Shown here one piece after another: positions 1 through 12,600 of a DNA stretch of 64,000 nucleotides. The stretch's first letter is position 1. Each line of letters opens with the position of its first letter. Below the pieces are notes generated by a model, which saw only the letters and a program-made list of their open reading frames with translations, searched no databases and had not been told where the DNA came from. A program made the position numbers and the translations under genes. The stretch lies in contig JASANG010002574.1 in NCBI GenBank assembly GCA_030248215.1, forward strand, positions 248,001-312,000. Reading direction: 5' to 3'. This DNA comes from Enoplolaimus lenunculus. Lineage: Eukaryota.

Positions 1-281
1 TTCATTCTGAGTTAATTAAGCATATCACCCATAGTCAACTCAACTCACAATGAGAATCAAATCAACTCAGAGTGAGTTAAAGTTTTCTGTTATTAACTCA
101 GAAATAATTAACTTTCCGTCTGAGTTGATTAATTAACTCATTGGAATTTACAGTGCGTTTAAAATAGCGTTTTATTTTTTGACACGTTTTCTTAATTTTA
201 ATTTTGGGTTTTAATAAAATATCACAAAATTCTACCACGTTTGACTTTTATTCTGCAATTTTAAATAATTAATTTTTTCAG

Positions 282-559
282 AATGCAAATGGCGTCAATT
301 TGAAGGCAATCGAGCCTTGAATTTTTGGACTCCAGCCATACGAGGTGTGTCAATTTGTGTCGCCGAAACCCGAGATCGAGCCCAATGTCGCCGGTTGTGT
401 GAAACACTGCAACCAGGTTGCGCTGCGATCCATTGGTGTGCAACATCGTGCGTCCTGTACAACTGTCGACTCCTTACTCAATCGTCAAATGGGCCAAAAC
501 AGTTGTCACTCATCGAACCGATTAATGATATTTATTTTGAAGAAATTGAAAATTGTTAA
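282..559 (+). CDS. 3'-terminal coding exon of an upstream gene; PAN/apple-like Cys-rich domain
   Basis: Acceptor ttttttcAG at 280-281, phase 1, open to TAA at 557-559: (x)CKWRQFEGNRALNFWTPAIRGVSICVAETRDRAQCRRLCETLQPGCAAIHWCATSCVLYNC...DIYFEEIENC*. The C-x3-C-x6-C...C-x-LY...D-x-Y-x-E...C spacing resembles PAN/apple domains. It is a GC-richer island in AT-rich DNA; the rest of the gene lies outside the window. Confidence 0.65.
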
Positions 560-585
560 ATCGCTGCGATGAATGCAGACATTTG

Positions 586-816
586 CACTGTAAATTCTAA
601 TGAGTTGATTAATCAATCCCAGCTAGCGAATTGGTTAATTCTGAATTAATATCAGTAAACATTAATTCACTATGAGTTGAGTTGACTTTGGGTGGGGTGG
701 ATAATTAACTCTGAACCAATTGAATCAACTCAAAATTGTGAGTTCTGATTGTCCTAACTCAGACGGAGTGATTCAACTCATTCTGAGTTAAAATCAACTC
801 ACTGAAATTTACAGTG
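586..816. mobile_element. Family A MITE (~220-255 bp, CACTGTAAATTCCA TIRs, 2-bp TSD; CMC/EnSpm-like)
   Basis: TIR pair with TG TSD here. Other copies: 1-155 (partial), 3772-4024 (TA), 11931-12181, 16188-16427 (TT), 19619-19837 (TA), 22248-22501 (CT), 22583-23017 (chimera), 45991-~46182 (truncated), 47607-47863 (TA), ~62122-62500. Interior is built of GAGTT/AACTC motifs. Confidence 0.85.
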
Positions 817-819
817 TGC

Positions 820-850
<31 letters not shown>

Positions 851-1497
851 TGAAATTACAATTTTTTTATTGTTTTTGCAATATCTGTCGGATAGCATCT
901 TGTTTGTGCATGCCACGTAGACCTTTGGTTATGATTGCTCAGACTTAGGTACACTTAAACACAGGCTTAAACATAAAAAGCTTAGGCTTTGGTATAACCA
1001 TTTCCTAAACCTAAGCCTTAGCGTGGCGCTATACTTTTGACGACGTCCCGTATCAGTCCGGCATCGTCCAACAACGCCGGTGTATTGACGCTTGGCACAG
1101 TGTATCAATTTGTAAACCAGTGATTTTAAAGGCGCGGCGTCGCTGAGCGTCTACAGACGTCGCCGGACGACGCCACTAAAATCCCCGGTAAGGACAGCGC
1201 CGCACGACAAGTACAGCGCCACCTTAAACCTTTGAGGGGGAAATGTTGAAGAGTTGGATTCACAGTATCTGTCACCATATATTGAGAGACCTTAATCTTA
1301 ATCTGAGACTTATCCGCACTCTTCAAAAATTTACCCACTTGTAAATCGTGTGTCCACATTTTGGCCAATGTAAATACTTTTAGGGGCGCAAAAGTGGACT
1401 CAGCATTTTGCGAAGCCTTTACAACCGAGTGTAAAAGTTAAACGGCTAAAAAGACACGCAAAGGTTATACTTTAACGCAAGTTCCGTAGAAAAATAA

Positions 1498-1756
1498 TGC
1501 TGGGTTCCCGTTACCAATTGTGCGCTTGGTACCTGTTTTGTCACCTACCCATAGCAGGAAGTAGAAACAACTTATATGGGCTACGAGCAGACATCTTGAC
1601 GCTACCCATACAGGTAGGTCAGTATTTCGAAAACCTAGCTATGCGTAACATTTTATTTGCTGTTGGTATCCATATGGGTAGCAAAATAGTGTGTATCGCT
1701 ATGGGCACAGTGACAAAACAGGTTCCAAGCGCGCAATTGCTAACGTGAACCCAGCA
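1498..1756. mobile_element. PIF/Harbinger-type (Tourist-like) MITE, TAA TSD
   Basis: ~60-bp TIRs tgctgggttc(c/a)cgtta.caattg.gcgcttgg.acctgttttgtcac; TAA at 1495-1497 and 1757-1759. Confidence 0.7.
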
Positions 1757-2950
1757 TAAGACACTTATAAAAGTCATATGGGGACCATATTTATTTTTTG
1801 TTGGTATCCATATGGGTAGCAAAATAGTGTGCATCGCTATGGGCACAGTGACAAAACAGGTTCCAAGCGCGCAATTGCAAACGTGAACCCAGCATAAGAC
1901 ACTTATAAGTCATATGGGGACCATATTTTAAGATATTAGGATTAATTAATAATCACTAAAAAATGACAAATTCTATTTTTCATTTTGAACACTGCAAAAA
2001 TGGTGTGTCAACTTGACTGTCTCTGGAATATGTTTTTCCGGACTACACAAACTGAGTCAAATTCGACTCCGCCAGAGTCAAATTCGACTCACCTGCACTA
2101 TCTCCAAGGGTAAGATATGAAGGGCAAACCCAAACATATCATATTATTAATATTAGCTAGAAAATTTTGTTTATTACTGTAAGCATATGTCAATGATACT
2201 TTTACTTTCCTTCTTTCATACCAAAAACGCCTAAAATGTCAGTATTATTGTGATATAAAATGTTCATACGCTTAAGAACGACTAGCGAATCCAGAGGGGG
2301 TGGACGTGTGCCCAACCCCCCGTCAGAAACTTTTGTTGTAAAAATGGTTTCCCTACCTTACAATATTTCCCCTCAGAAAATGTTTATTAAAATCACGATT
2401 CTTCCCACCGTATTTTTTTGTAATAAAATGGTAAGGTTCATATTTTGTAATTTTTCGCGCTCAAAAATTTTTTTGGTGATAAAATAATAGGGTCGGTACC
2501 TTACAATTTTTGCGTTTCATAACAATTACCAAACCGCCCGCTCCTGTCAAAAATTTTGAATCCGCATCTGTTCGCAAAACGTTAACCTAAAATAATAATC
2601 TATGTTAGTTATATGAGCATGCTTACTAAATCTAAGTCTAAATCCAAGCCGAAATCTTTGCCTGAACCTAAATCTAACCCTAACCATAGGTCTGCCTTAA
2701 ATCTAAGCCTTAATATAAACGCAGAAATAAGTCTGTCCAGAATCAAAGCCGAAATCTAAGCCTAAACATAAGTTCGCCCAGAATCTAAGCCTAAATCTAA
2801 GCCCAAGCCTAAGTGTAAACCTAACACATAAGCCTAATCCTGAGTCGATGCTTAAATCTAAGCCTAATTGTAAAGCGTGATTTTGTGAAACATCAGTTTA
2901 TAACATGGTCATTTTACAGCTAATTTTGAACAGTAATTATCACATATTTC

Positions 2951-3129
2951 GGCCAATATATAGAACAGGGCTGGAACAGTGGTATAAGCAAATTCCTAAG
3001 CCGAAGCCTAAGCAAAAGGATGAGCCTATTTTAAAGCCTAAGCCTAAGCAAAAAATTTAGTCTAAAGCTTAAACTATCTCTGTTACAGCCTCTCCGGAAA
3101 ACAATCCGGCCCTGTACTATACATGGGTC
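2951..3129. mobile_element. Family C MITE (GGCC(C/A)ATG.. TIRs, 8-bp TSD) carrying (TTAGGC)n-like runs
   Basis: TSD catatttc here; gaagttcg at 12860-13028; aaaacatt at 28899-29107; (c/g)acacatt at 50343-50534. Further copies at ~35897-36044, 40195-40378, 44124-44386, 47184-47370, 53445-53637, 54060-54207, 61280-61507, 62680-62850. Confidence 0.85.
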
Positions 3130-3576
3130 CATATTTCTAGTACAGCATAAATTTCGAATACTACTTAACAAAGTTAAAAAAACGCCGACTTAATATCCCA
3201 CACAATCAAGTACTATACAGAATTAGCATTTCAATGAGTTGAATTACGGGTTAACGTCAATGTCAATTGGCTCGCAACCTGTGAAAGTATTTCTTACACC
3301 CGTTTCATACCGATACCGGTGTATTCAAAGAGAAAGAGTTGATGGATATATCTTTTCCCAAATGTTTGAAGAGATAAGACAAAGGACTTTCAACAGAAGT
3401 GAGTCGAATGTGACTCTGGAGGAATCGAATTTTGACACTCAATTTGTGTAGTTTTGAAAAATCTATTTCGGCGAGAGTCAATTTGACTCACCATTTTATC
3501 GCACTGTATCGTAACAAATTATATTAAGTTATTATCAAAATGTCACAAATAAGCTCCAAACACAACGTGGAAGCAT

Positions 3577-3680
3577 TTAAGCATATGTTGTTTTGAAATT
3601 CCAACACAGATTCACTTGACAGCCACGGTTTCGTTTCTTACGAATTTTTCGTGGAATTTTCGGCGCATCGCCGTGTTCTT
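3577..3680 (-). CDS. rsbp-1: rsbp-1-like last exon (polybasic + Cys membrane-targeting tail)
   Basis: attttcAG acceptor, (K)EHGDAPKIPRKIRKKRNRGCQVNLCWNFKTTYA*. Confidence 0.85.
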
Positions 3681-6600
3681 CTGAAAATAATTTTATAAAG
3701 TTTACTGCAAGCGGAAGAAAGCGTATGGAAAACAATTTGACGAGTATCATGCAGTTAAAATAAGCTTACTACATTGTAAATTCCAGTGAGTTGATTTTAA
3801 CTCAGAATGAGTTGAATCCATTCAGTCTGAGAATGGACTATTAAAACTCATAATTCTGAGTTGATTCAACTCAATCTTATTTAATTAATCAACTCATCCG
3901 GAATCAACTAAACTCTGAGTGACAATCAGCCCAACTAAGAGTGAATTAAACGTAACTGATATTAACTCAGCAATAACTAACTTTCCTTCTGAGTTGATTA
4001 ATTAACTCATTGGAATTTACAGTGTAGCGGATTTTAAAATTTGGGGAGGGGGGAGCGAAATTGTTTCAGATGGGAAAGGCTAAGCACCCCCTGGTGTTCT
4101 CTGGCTACCATGTAGCGTGCAGTGAGCTAAGACGCGAAATGCAGTATAATTTTCGATGGAGATTGGTCTTTTTGACCAAAATTTGCAGGAAAAAAATAAA
4201 TTTGACCAACAAATTTGCGAGCGAAGTATGATTTGAAAATTAGCAACATTGTACGTACATCACTGACAAATATTTCATTAAATAAACGTACTAAAACCAG
4301 GCCAGTAGCTAGCTCATCTTGCTATGGGACTAAAGATTTATATCGGAGAGGTGTATCCAATGGTTTTTGATGACTTACTGTATTGACCCGAATAAGAGGG
4401 GGGTAATAAGTGGGGGTCCCCATTTTGAGTCCCAATCAATAGGAGTCCGTATTCCTAATAAGAGTCCGTAAGCGGATAGAGTCCCTAAACCCTAATTAGA
4501 GTCCATAAATATCAATTATTCCTAATTGTAGCGCATAAATGACTCCAGGACCATATAATTTGAGTTTGAAACTTTAAAGTTTACTTAAATTTTGAAAGTA
4601 CATTCCTAAGTATAACTTTGCATTATCGTTCAAGCTTTTGATGCAAGGTAAAAACCGTTTAATTCAACGGATAGTTGCAATACCGGATATATATCAGTAA
4701 GGAACGGTGGCGCAAGGCTGGTTCAAAATAAATAACAGTCCGTAACCGAATAAAAAGGGGGAACCCTCTGGAGAGGCTAAATAAATATCAGTACCCCCGT
4801 GTTATTCGGGTCACCATAGTACAAGCAAGGTTGACAAGTTTTGAGGGGTGCCCAAAAGTTTTTTATGAGGGGGGTTGATGCTTTATCTGGCCCCGTCTGG
4901 CTACAGGCCCGATAGCAATTTTACTTACTGTTTGTTGAAAAGTGTACTGTGACTGCATTTTCAAGAACGCCCAGTATGTTTTCAGCTTCAAGAATATCTC
5001 TAAAACAAGAAAATAAATAAAAATGGCAAATTTTCTCGTTTAAATTTAAATTTTCTACCAATGCAAATGTTACAACCAAATTGTAAGCTAAAACCTTTCC
5101 ATTGCAGTTAAGAAAATAAAAAGTGTCAACGGTTACACTTTTTTTGCTTCATTTGTAATCTTCATTAATTTTGGTTTTGATCAGAGCTTGCAACGGCGGC
5201 CCATGTAAATATCAGTGGCGGAACGTTTTTCTATGCAACTGCAATAGATTAGCATTAGACTATTTTTTGCTTAGGCTTAAGCTTATGTATAACCTCAATC
5301 TTACGTTAATTCTTAGGCTTATGTTTAAGAATATGCTTATAGTATTGTTACAATCCTGTTCTGTACAGTGGCGCTAACGGCTATGAAATCGAAATGAATT
5401 AAATTTAGCAAATTGCAGCAATTGCGAAACGCAAAATGTTTCGTTCTATTTGTATGTAAAATCTAGGAATGCCCCACATACGTATTTTAGACAACATTCC
5501 AACATTACTTTGTTAACATTATTTTCTTACAACAAAAACGTCATTGATCTATGAACACAAAATTTGCATACAGATAACTTGTGCATTCGCTAACTTTTGC
5601 GCATCGCACAAATCCGGCTGACTTGTATAAATTAAAGCTGAAACGTCCACGATACGTAATTAACTTATCGCTTTAGCAATTATTGCTAAAATTGTAAACA
5701 TAAAGTGATTAAGCTGGCAACAGGGAAATGACGTAAATATTGCAACCACGATGACGTCACTTACTGGTTTAAATTCACATATTCTTCCCTGAATTTTGGT
5801 GACATATTTTCAAGATCGACTTCAACGCTTCGAACTGACGTTCTGCTGCCATTCGGTTTCGTTTGATGTGTTGATGTTGATGCTACAACTTCAAGTGAAG
5901 TACTTGGTTTGTTTGGACTATTTGGTTGCTGCTGTTGCTGTTGTTGCGTTGACCCGTCGTTGTTGCCTAGCAACGGTTGCGATGATTGATCTGTGCCGGC
6001 GGTTATTGTTCCAGCAGTTGTTGTTAGCTCGGATTTTGGAGTATCACCACCACCTATTAAATAGACGATGTTTTAGAACACGGAACAACGCGTTTACAAG
6101 CAGCTAAAAATTTCAACTGGAGCCTTATGTAATTTCGTAGAATTTGCAAGCTGAGTAAAAACATATCCGGAATCAGGGGTGGTCACAAGGGGAACGGCCA
6201 CCCCTTTCGTGAAAAATTTTCACAAAAAGTTACTTTTAGAACAAATGCGATGTTATTACATGGTCTAAATTATAAATGACAAAATCTAAAAGCCCACCGA
6301 ACCACCGAAGAAATATCTGGGACCGACCAATGTCCGGGAGAAATAATTTTTTGTGTGGAAGGTTACCCGAAATTATGATAATACACTGTGGTTTCAATCC
6401 AACCACTTGCAGATCGAAGGCTGCGCCACCCGGCCACATAAGGTTACGCCCTTCAACAGGGATTAAAATCAAAATTTCGCGATTAAATTTAGTGTTAAAA
6501 TTGTGTTTGGCTTCATGCTCGAATGACTCGAAAGTATTTTTCACTATTATTTATTTCTATGGTTCGTTCATAAGCAATTTCCAGCTCCGCCACTGAATTC

Positions 6601-9600
6601 AACGTTTAAAAATAGTTTTATGTTGCCAAAAACTAACAGTCAAATGTCGTACGGAGAGTTATTGCTAAATTAAACTATCACTCATTTATGAACTTAGACA
6701 AAATGTGACTAAATTTAAGCGTATTTCTTTGCAAAATTTCGCATTTTCAAAAACAGCCTACACTGCGAAAAAAAATGGTGAGTCAAATTGACTCTCTCCG
6801 AAATAGGCTTTTCCTGACTAAGACAAGCAGAGTCAAAATTCGACTCCGCCATAGTCAAATTCGACTCTCACTGAGTAGCATGTTTGACTCTGGCGGAGTC
6901 GAATTTTGACTCAGTTTGTGTAGTCAGGAAAGGCCTATTTCAGAGAGAGTCCATTTGACACACCATTTTTTGCAGTGTAGCAGTCAAGCTAAAACGTACC
7001 GGCTTGAAGACTGTCGCCACCGGTTGAAATCGCAACAGGGTTTCCAGCGGCGGATGCTGTTTGATGAGGACCGTCAGGGAACGACTCGAGTAGACTCAAC
7101 GAACGTTTCATTTCGTTTACAAACGCACTGACTGCACCAATGAACTGTGACGCCTGATTGGTAAATTCTGTGCTCGCTTGCGACTCCAACGATTCGCTAG
7201 ATTTGAATAAAAGGTTTAAGGTTAAGTTGAATTGAGAAAATGTATGTCAGGTTGAACTACGAAAAACATTTTAATTAAAATAATTTATATGTCGAAGGCT
7301 ATTCTGATATTCTAGACGATCACTGATTGGTTTTAGGTCAATTTGATGATGTCATGACAGCTGTGCTACAATTAAATTGTGAACCAATCAGATTTAATTT
7401 CATCTGACGCCCTCTCACCATCCGTAATATATTTTGATAAATCTACCAATTGCCGTTCAAGTTAGGCAGAACTGAATGGATACAGACCAATTAGCATCAA
7501 ATGTGAATATCGTATTGACTTATGCAAGGCCGTGCCTAGAGCGTTCTCTACCCTCAACCCCAAACTCCAGGTTTCAGATTTCAGTTTTTTACTGGAAACC
7601 GAAGTTAGCTCCTCGCCAGGGCCGGAGCAGCCACTCCTCATACTCCCACTTTGCAAAAAATGGTGAGTCAAATTGACTCTGGCCGAAATAGGCTTTTCGG
7701 GACTACACAAACTGAGTCAAATTCGACTCCGCCAGAGTCAAACGTGCAATTCAGTGAATCGATTTTAAACTCTGGCGGTGTTAAATTTTGACTCAATTTG
7801 TGTAGTCCCGAAAGCCTGGTTTGCAGCGAGTCAATTTTTGACTCACCATTTTTTGCAGTGCAGTGGAGCCCCGACTCCAACAAGATTTTAAACAAAATAT
7901 TTGAAAAATATTTTGATCATCGCAAAACGTACCCTCCCCGGAATTTTGGGGGAGGGGCGGTACCCTAACCTGCTCCGACACTGCTCTTGGCTTACTTTTT
8001 GAGTTGTGGAAGGACGTAATTTTTGGCAGTATCACAACACCGTAGGCATTGTTGCCGGGTCGACACAAGTTCAGCGCGCACTTGTGCCGTATCCGACAAC
8101 GGTGTGCCGAACAATAGTAGAAGCTGTCGATAGCTCGCGAGCAGTTGATTGACTTCTTGCATCAACTGAAACAAAATTTCAAAAAATTTCACAACAAAGT
8201 TTGTTGATTTTTTACAATTTTCAATTTTTTTTCGCTTCAGCAGTTGAATGTCCAGATTTACACTTGGCTGGCGCTTTACTTGTCGTGCGGCGTCAGTCTA
8301 GTGTCATCCGTCACCAATTTAAATAATTTAAAATATGTAAAGAAAATTATTTCATTTGTATTTTATAAAACTACGCAATTCTTACTGATTGTTTTTTTTC
8401 GCAATTTATACTTGACTGTTACAGTATGCCTCACCATACGGTATCGTACTTGAGTAATTCACTTACGAAACTGTACAGTGACGTATACTGTGACAGTCAA
8501 GTATAAATTGCGAAAAAACATTCAGTAAGAATTGTGTAAAGTTTTAAAAAATACATATGAAATAAATTTCTTTACATATTTTAAATTATTTAAATTTGAA
8601 GTATCTGACGTCCGCTGTTTAGAATTCTGAGGCGAACGTACGGATTCTGAACGCCTCCTGCCTATCCTGTAGAACTCGACGTGCTGAGTTCAACGATACC
8701 ATTTTTATGGCTGCATGACCAACGGTTCAAAAGTTACGGCACACAAATTTACAGTGAAAACAAGCGCAGATTTGAAAAGAAAGTTGGTATAATTTACATT
8801 TTTGTAAAATGTAACCTTTACCATGGTTATTCGTTATACAAATTTGGCAGACGGATATACATGTTTTAAAAGAGTTAACATTTAAAGAGCCATAACTTTT
8901 GAACCAACAGCCCTGCAACCCTAAGAATAGAACAGCAGAACTCAGCGCAACGAGATTATACAACTTTTCATTAAATTCTAGCGGGAGGGTGGTCATACTC
9001 TGTACCTCCGGTTTGACCCGCTACTAAACGTACGCAGGGTATCCTCCATAGTTGTAACCACAGGGGGGTCGGACCCCCACTCTCTGAGCAGGAGGTCCAA
9101 AACCTAATTGGTCCCCTCGCGTTTTGGGTCGAAAAAGTCGAAACAAAACAAAGTATAGACCCACAACCGTTGTATCTAAAACACAGAAACAGGTTTAGCT
9201 CCGGATAAATGTTGATCAGATGGACTCGGACCCCCCAAACTTTCTATCCGTAGTAGCTACGACCCTACGCCCCCGCGATCCTAGCAAATATTTGCTTACC
9301 TGCACCTTCCATAACTTTTGTAATTCACCACCCGCAGGCTCAAGAGACATAATTAAAGTAAAACAGAAACTATTTAAATAAGCGTGGGCAATGCATTCAA
9401 AGCCGGGCACTCTCCTCTTTGCTCACACCCATAGTCAGAAACGAGCCAAATGGACGGGACTTTAGTACCTCCTAGAAATGTTTTATCTCAGCTTGCGAGA
9501 GCTTGTTTTAACGGTATGCTTCTTGTAAAATGATTTAGCCGTCCTAGCAGGTTGAGCTGGCTATAAGCCTGAATTGTGCTCTATATTAATTTGATAGAAG

Positions 9601-12600
9601 GCAAATGTACCACCTATGTTGCTGTTTGTGTTTGTAGGTTGCTTAAAGTGTAAACCAGAATGAAAATCTAAGCCTAAGCCTAAGCCAAAGCCGAAACGTG
9701 AGTCACGCGAGAAGGTGAGAAACAATTTCCCACAGCTGGGTAGCAAAGTTTCAGTTGAATCGAAAAATTATTAAAAAAATTCAAAATTAACGTCAGCTCA
9801 TGCCTGATTTGTTGAGCTTTGATCAGTTGATTTTAGAGAAGTTTCAGTTGAATCGAAAAATTATTAAAAATTTTAAAATGAACTTCAACTGATGCCTGAT
9901 TCGTTGAGCTTTGATCAGTTGATTTCAGAGAAATTTCAGTTGAATCAAAAAATTATTAAAAAATTTTAAAATGAACTTCAACTGATGCCTGATTTGTTGA
10001 GCTTTGATCAGTTGATTTCTGAGAAGTTTCAGTTGAATCAAAAAATTATTAAAAAATTTTAATATGAACTTCAACTGATGCCTGATTTGTTGAGCTTTGA
10101 TCAGTTGATTTCTGAGAAGTTTGAGTTGAATCAAAAAATTATTAAAAAATTTTAAAATGAACTTCAACTGATGCCTGATTTGTTGAGCTTTGATCAGTTG
10201 ATTTCTGAGAAGTTTCAGTTGAATCAAAAAATTATTAAAAAATTTTAAAATGAACTTCAACTGATGCCTGATTTGTTGAGCTTTGATCAGTTGATTTCTG
10301 AAAAGTTTCAGTTGAATCGAAAAATTATTAAAAATTTTAAAATGAACTTCAACTGATGCCTGATTCGTTGAGCTTTGATCAGTTGATTTCAGAGAAATTT
10401 CAGTTGAATCAAAAAATTATTAAAAAATTTTAAAACGAACTTCAACTGATGCCTGATTTGTTGAGCTTTGATCAGTTGATTTCTGAGAAGTTTCAGTTGA
10501 ATCAAAAAATTATTAAAAAATTTTAAAATGAACTTCAACTGATGCCTGATTTGTTGAACTTTGATCAGTTGATTTCTGAAAAGTTTCAGTTGAATCGAAA
10601 AATTATTAAAAAATTTTAAAATGAACTTCAACTGATGCCTGATTTGTTGAGCTTTGATCAGTTGATTTCTGAAAAGTTTCAGTTGAATCGAAAAATTATT
10701 AAAAAATTTTAAAATGAACTTCAACTGATGCCTGATTCGTTGAGCTGTGATCAGTTGATTTCTGAAAAGTTTCAGTTGAATCGAAAAATTATTTAAAAAT
10801 TTTAAAATGAACTTCAACTGATGCCTGATTTGTTGAGCTTTGATCAGTTGATTTCAAAGAAGTTTCAGTTGAGTCGAAATATTTGATTTCAGAGTTATGG
10901 TTAAACTGAATTTATGCGCAAACTCTTTGGCAGAGTTCGAAATAAGAAAAACAAATTAAAAAATTGTAACATTTTTGGTCAAACACCGGCTAACGGAGGC
11001 AACAAGAACGCTAAAGTCATGCCTGTAGCCAGAGCGAGGGCAGACGTGGGCTTAGTCCCTCCTGGAAAAAATCTCCGCTTAGAATATCTTCAACCCTGCT
11101 TTTAAGTCAACGAAAACCCTTGTATACCGCTTGTCAAAAAGGCTTAGCCTCAATAGCAAGGTAAGCTAGCTCTACGGGCACTGTTTTGGATAGGTCTAAT
11201 AATGAATGTGGCGTTCTGTAAACAATTAAACCCCGAAAACGATCCAGAGTAGATTAAAAATCTCTGCGAGCGAAGCGAGCAAGAAGGCAGTACATTGTAT
11301 TGCATTTATATTTTAAATTCGAAGATGATAATTTTAGTTTTCGCTGATTTTTAAGCGTGTTTGCCATACCCCCCCCCCACTTATATTTTCCAGTGTTTCA
11401 AACTTTGAGGTGAATAATACATGTACGGCGTATGGAAACTTATCATTATTAAAGGTTTCGCAGAACTGATAATCAACTATATTGTTCAATATAAACCACG
11501 TCTCAATTTGCATCAAAACCTAAGAAACCCCTAAAGAATAAGCAGTCTTTGAGCGACCAGTGTTTTAACCAAACTTCTATAATTCCGCTAAGCCCCAGGC
11601 AACAAATTACACCTGTGAGCGAACTGAACGGAACGTCTCTGCCGTTTGTCTCAAACTTGCAACAAAATTGAAACCAACTTCAATTCGGCCAGTTCAAACT
11701 TAAATTTATAACCAAATCCACTGCGGTACAATTTGGACACGGATCGACCGAGACAACGGGTAATCCCGAAGTCTTGTCGACTCGACAATTTGTTGTCCAT
11801 CATTAAGGATTCTGTCAAGCTGAAATTTGATCCCACAGGTTTAGGCTTTCGCAACTGTCAGGTGACGAACGTGTTTCTGGCGACGAATTGTCATACGGTC
11901 CGAGGGTCATATCACATTGACCTCAAATTACACTCTAAATTCCAGTGAGTTGATTTTAACTCAGAATGAGTTGAATGCGCTCAGAGGTCTGAGCTCTGAA
12001 TAAGGTCTTTCAGAACTTCGAAATCTGAATTGATTGAACTCATCCTGAGTTAATTAATCAATTCACGCAGAATTAAATCGACTCGTAGTGAGTTAATATC
12101 TACTGTTATTAACTCAGAAATAGCCAAAAATAACTAATTATCTCTCTGAATTGATTGATCAATTCATTGCAATTTACAGTGTCGTTAAATAGCAAATTTT
12201 GTACACCAGTACAACTAATAGTGCGAATATAGAGAAAACCATGTCGATATGATATATTAAGATAATGCAAAGTTCACAATAGGGTTACCTCATGTACACA
12301 TTTTAAAATTTACACTCGTTCGCCTCACATCCTAACGACTGTTTCTCCGTTATCCTCAAAAGACGTATAATATTTGTCAAATTACACGTATCAGAAATAT
12401 TATGGTTCTTATTCTGTACTTGTCATAAACCAGAAAACACAACAAAGATAGAATTTATTTGCCGAAACCTAAAACCTACAATTCAAATATTGACGATATT
12501 AAATATTAACGCAATCCCATAGCCAGCTCACGTTGCTAGTCCAAGCGGAGTATTTTTCAGGAGCGGCATACAAGGCTTTTCGCTGACTTACAAAGTACTG

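Noticed and set aside
5761..5763. TAA as the end of the gene (ORF 5761-5973)
   Set aside because: It overlaps a consensus GTAAGT donor, and two further phase-matched exons supply the conserved C-terminus.
586..6977. CACTG termini of families A and B as Transib/RAG RSS-like signals
   Set aside because: TSDs are 2 bp rather than 5 bp and there is no heptamer-spacer-nonamer layout; CMC/EnSpm fits better.
9925..10817. Repetitive ORFs of 111 and 142 aa (QLKFILKFFNN...)
   Set aside because: Translations of the 93-bp satellite; 92-bp units break the frame and there are no splice signals.
9746..10880. CRISPR-like regular repeats here and at 23674-24040 and 28500-28750
   Set aside because: Units are head-to-tail with no unique spacers, there are no cas genes, and the context is eukaryotic.
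11605..11750. Possible extra minus-strand exon
   Set aside because: The best acceptor/donor pair gives phase 1 with weak sites, incompatible with the phase-0 core acceptor.
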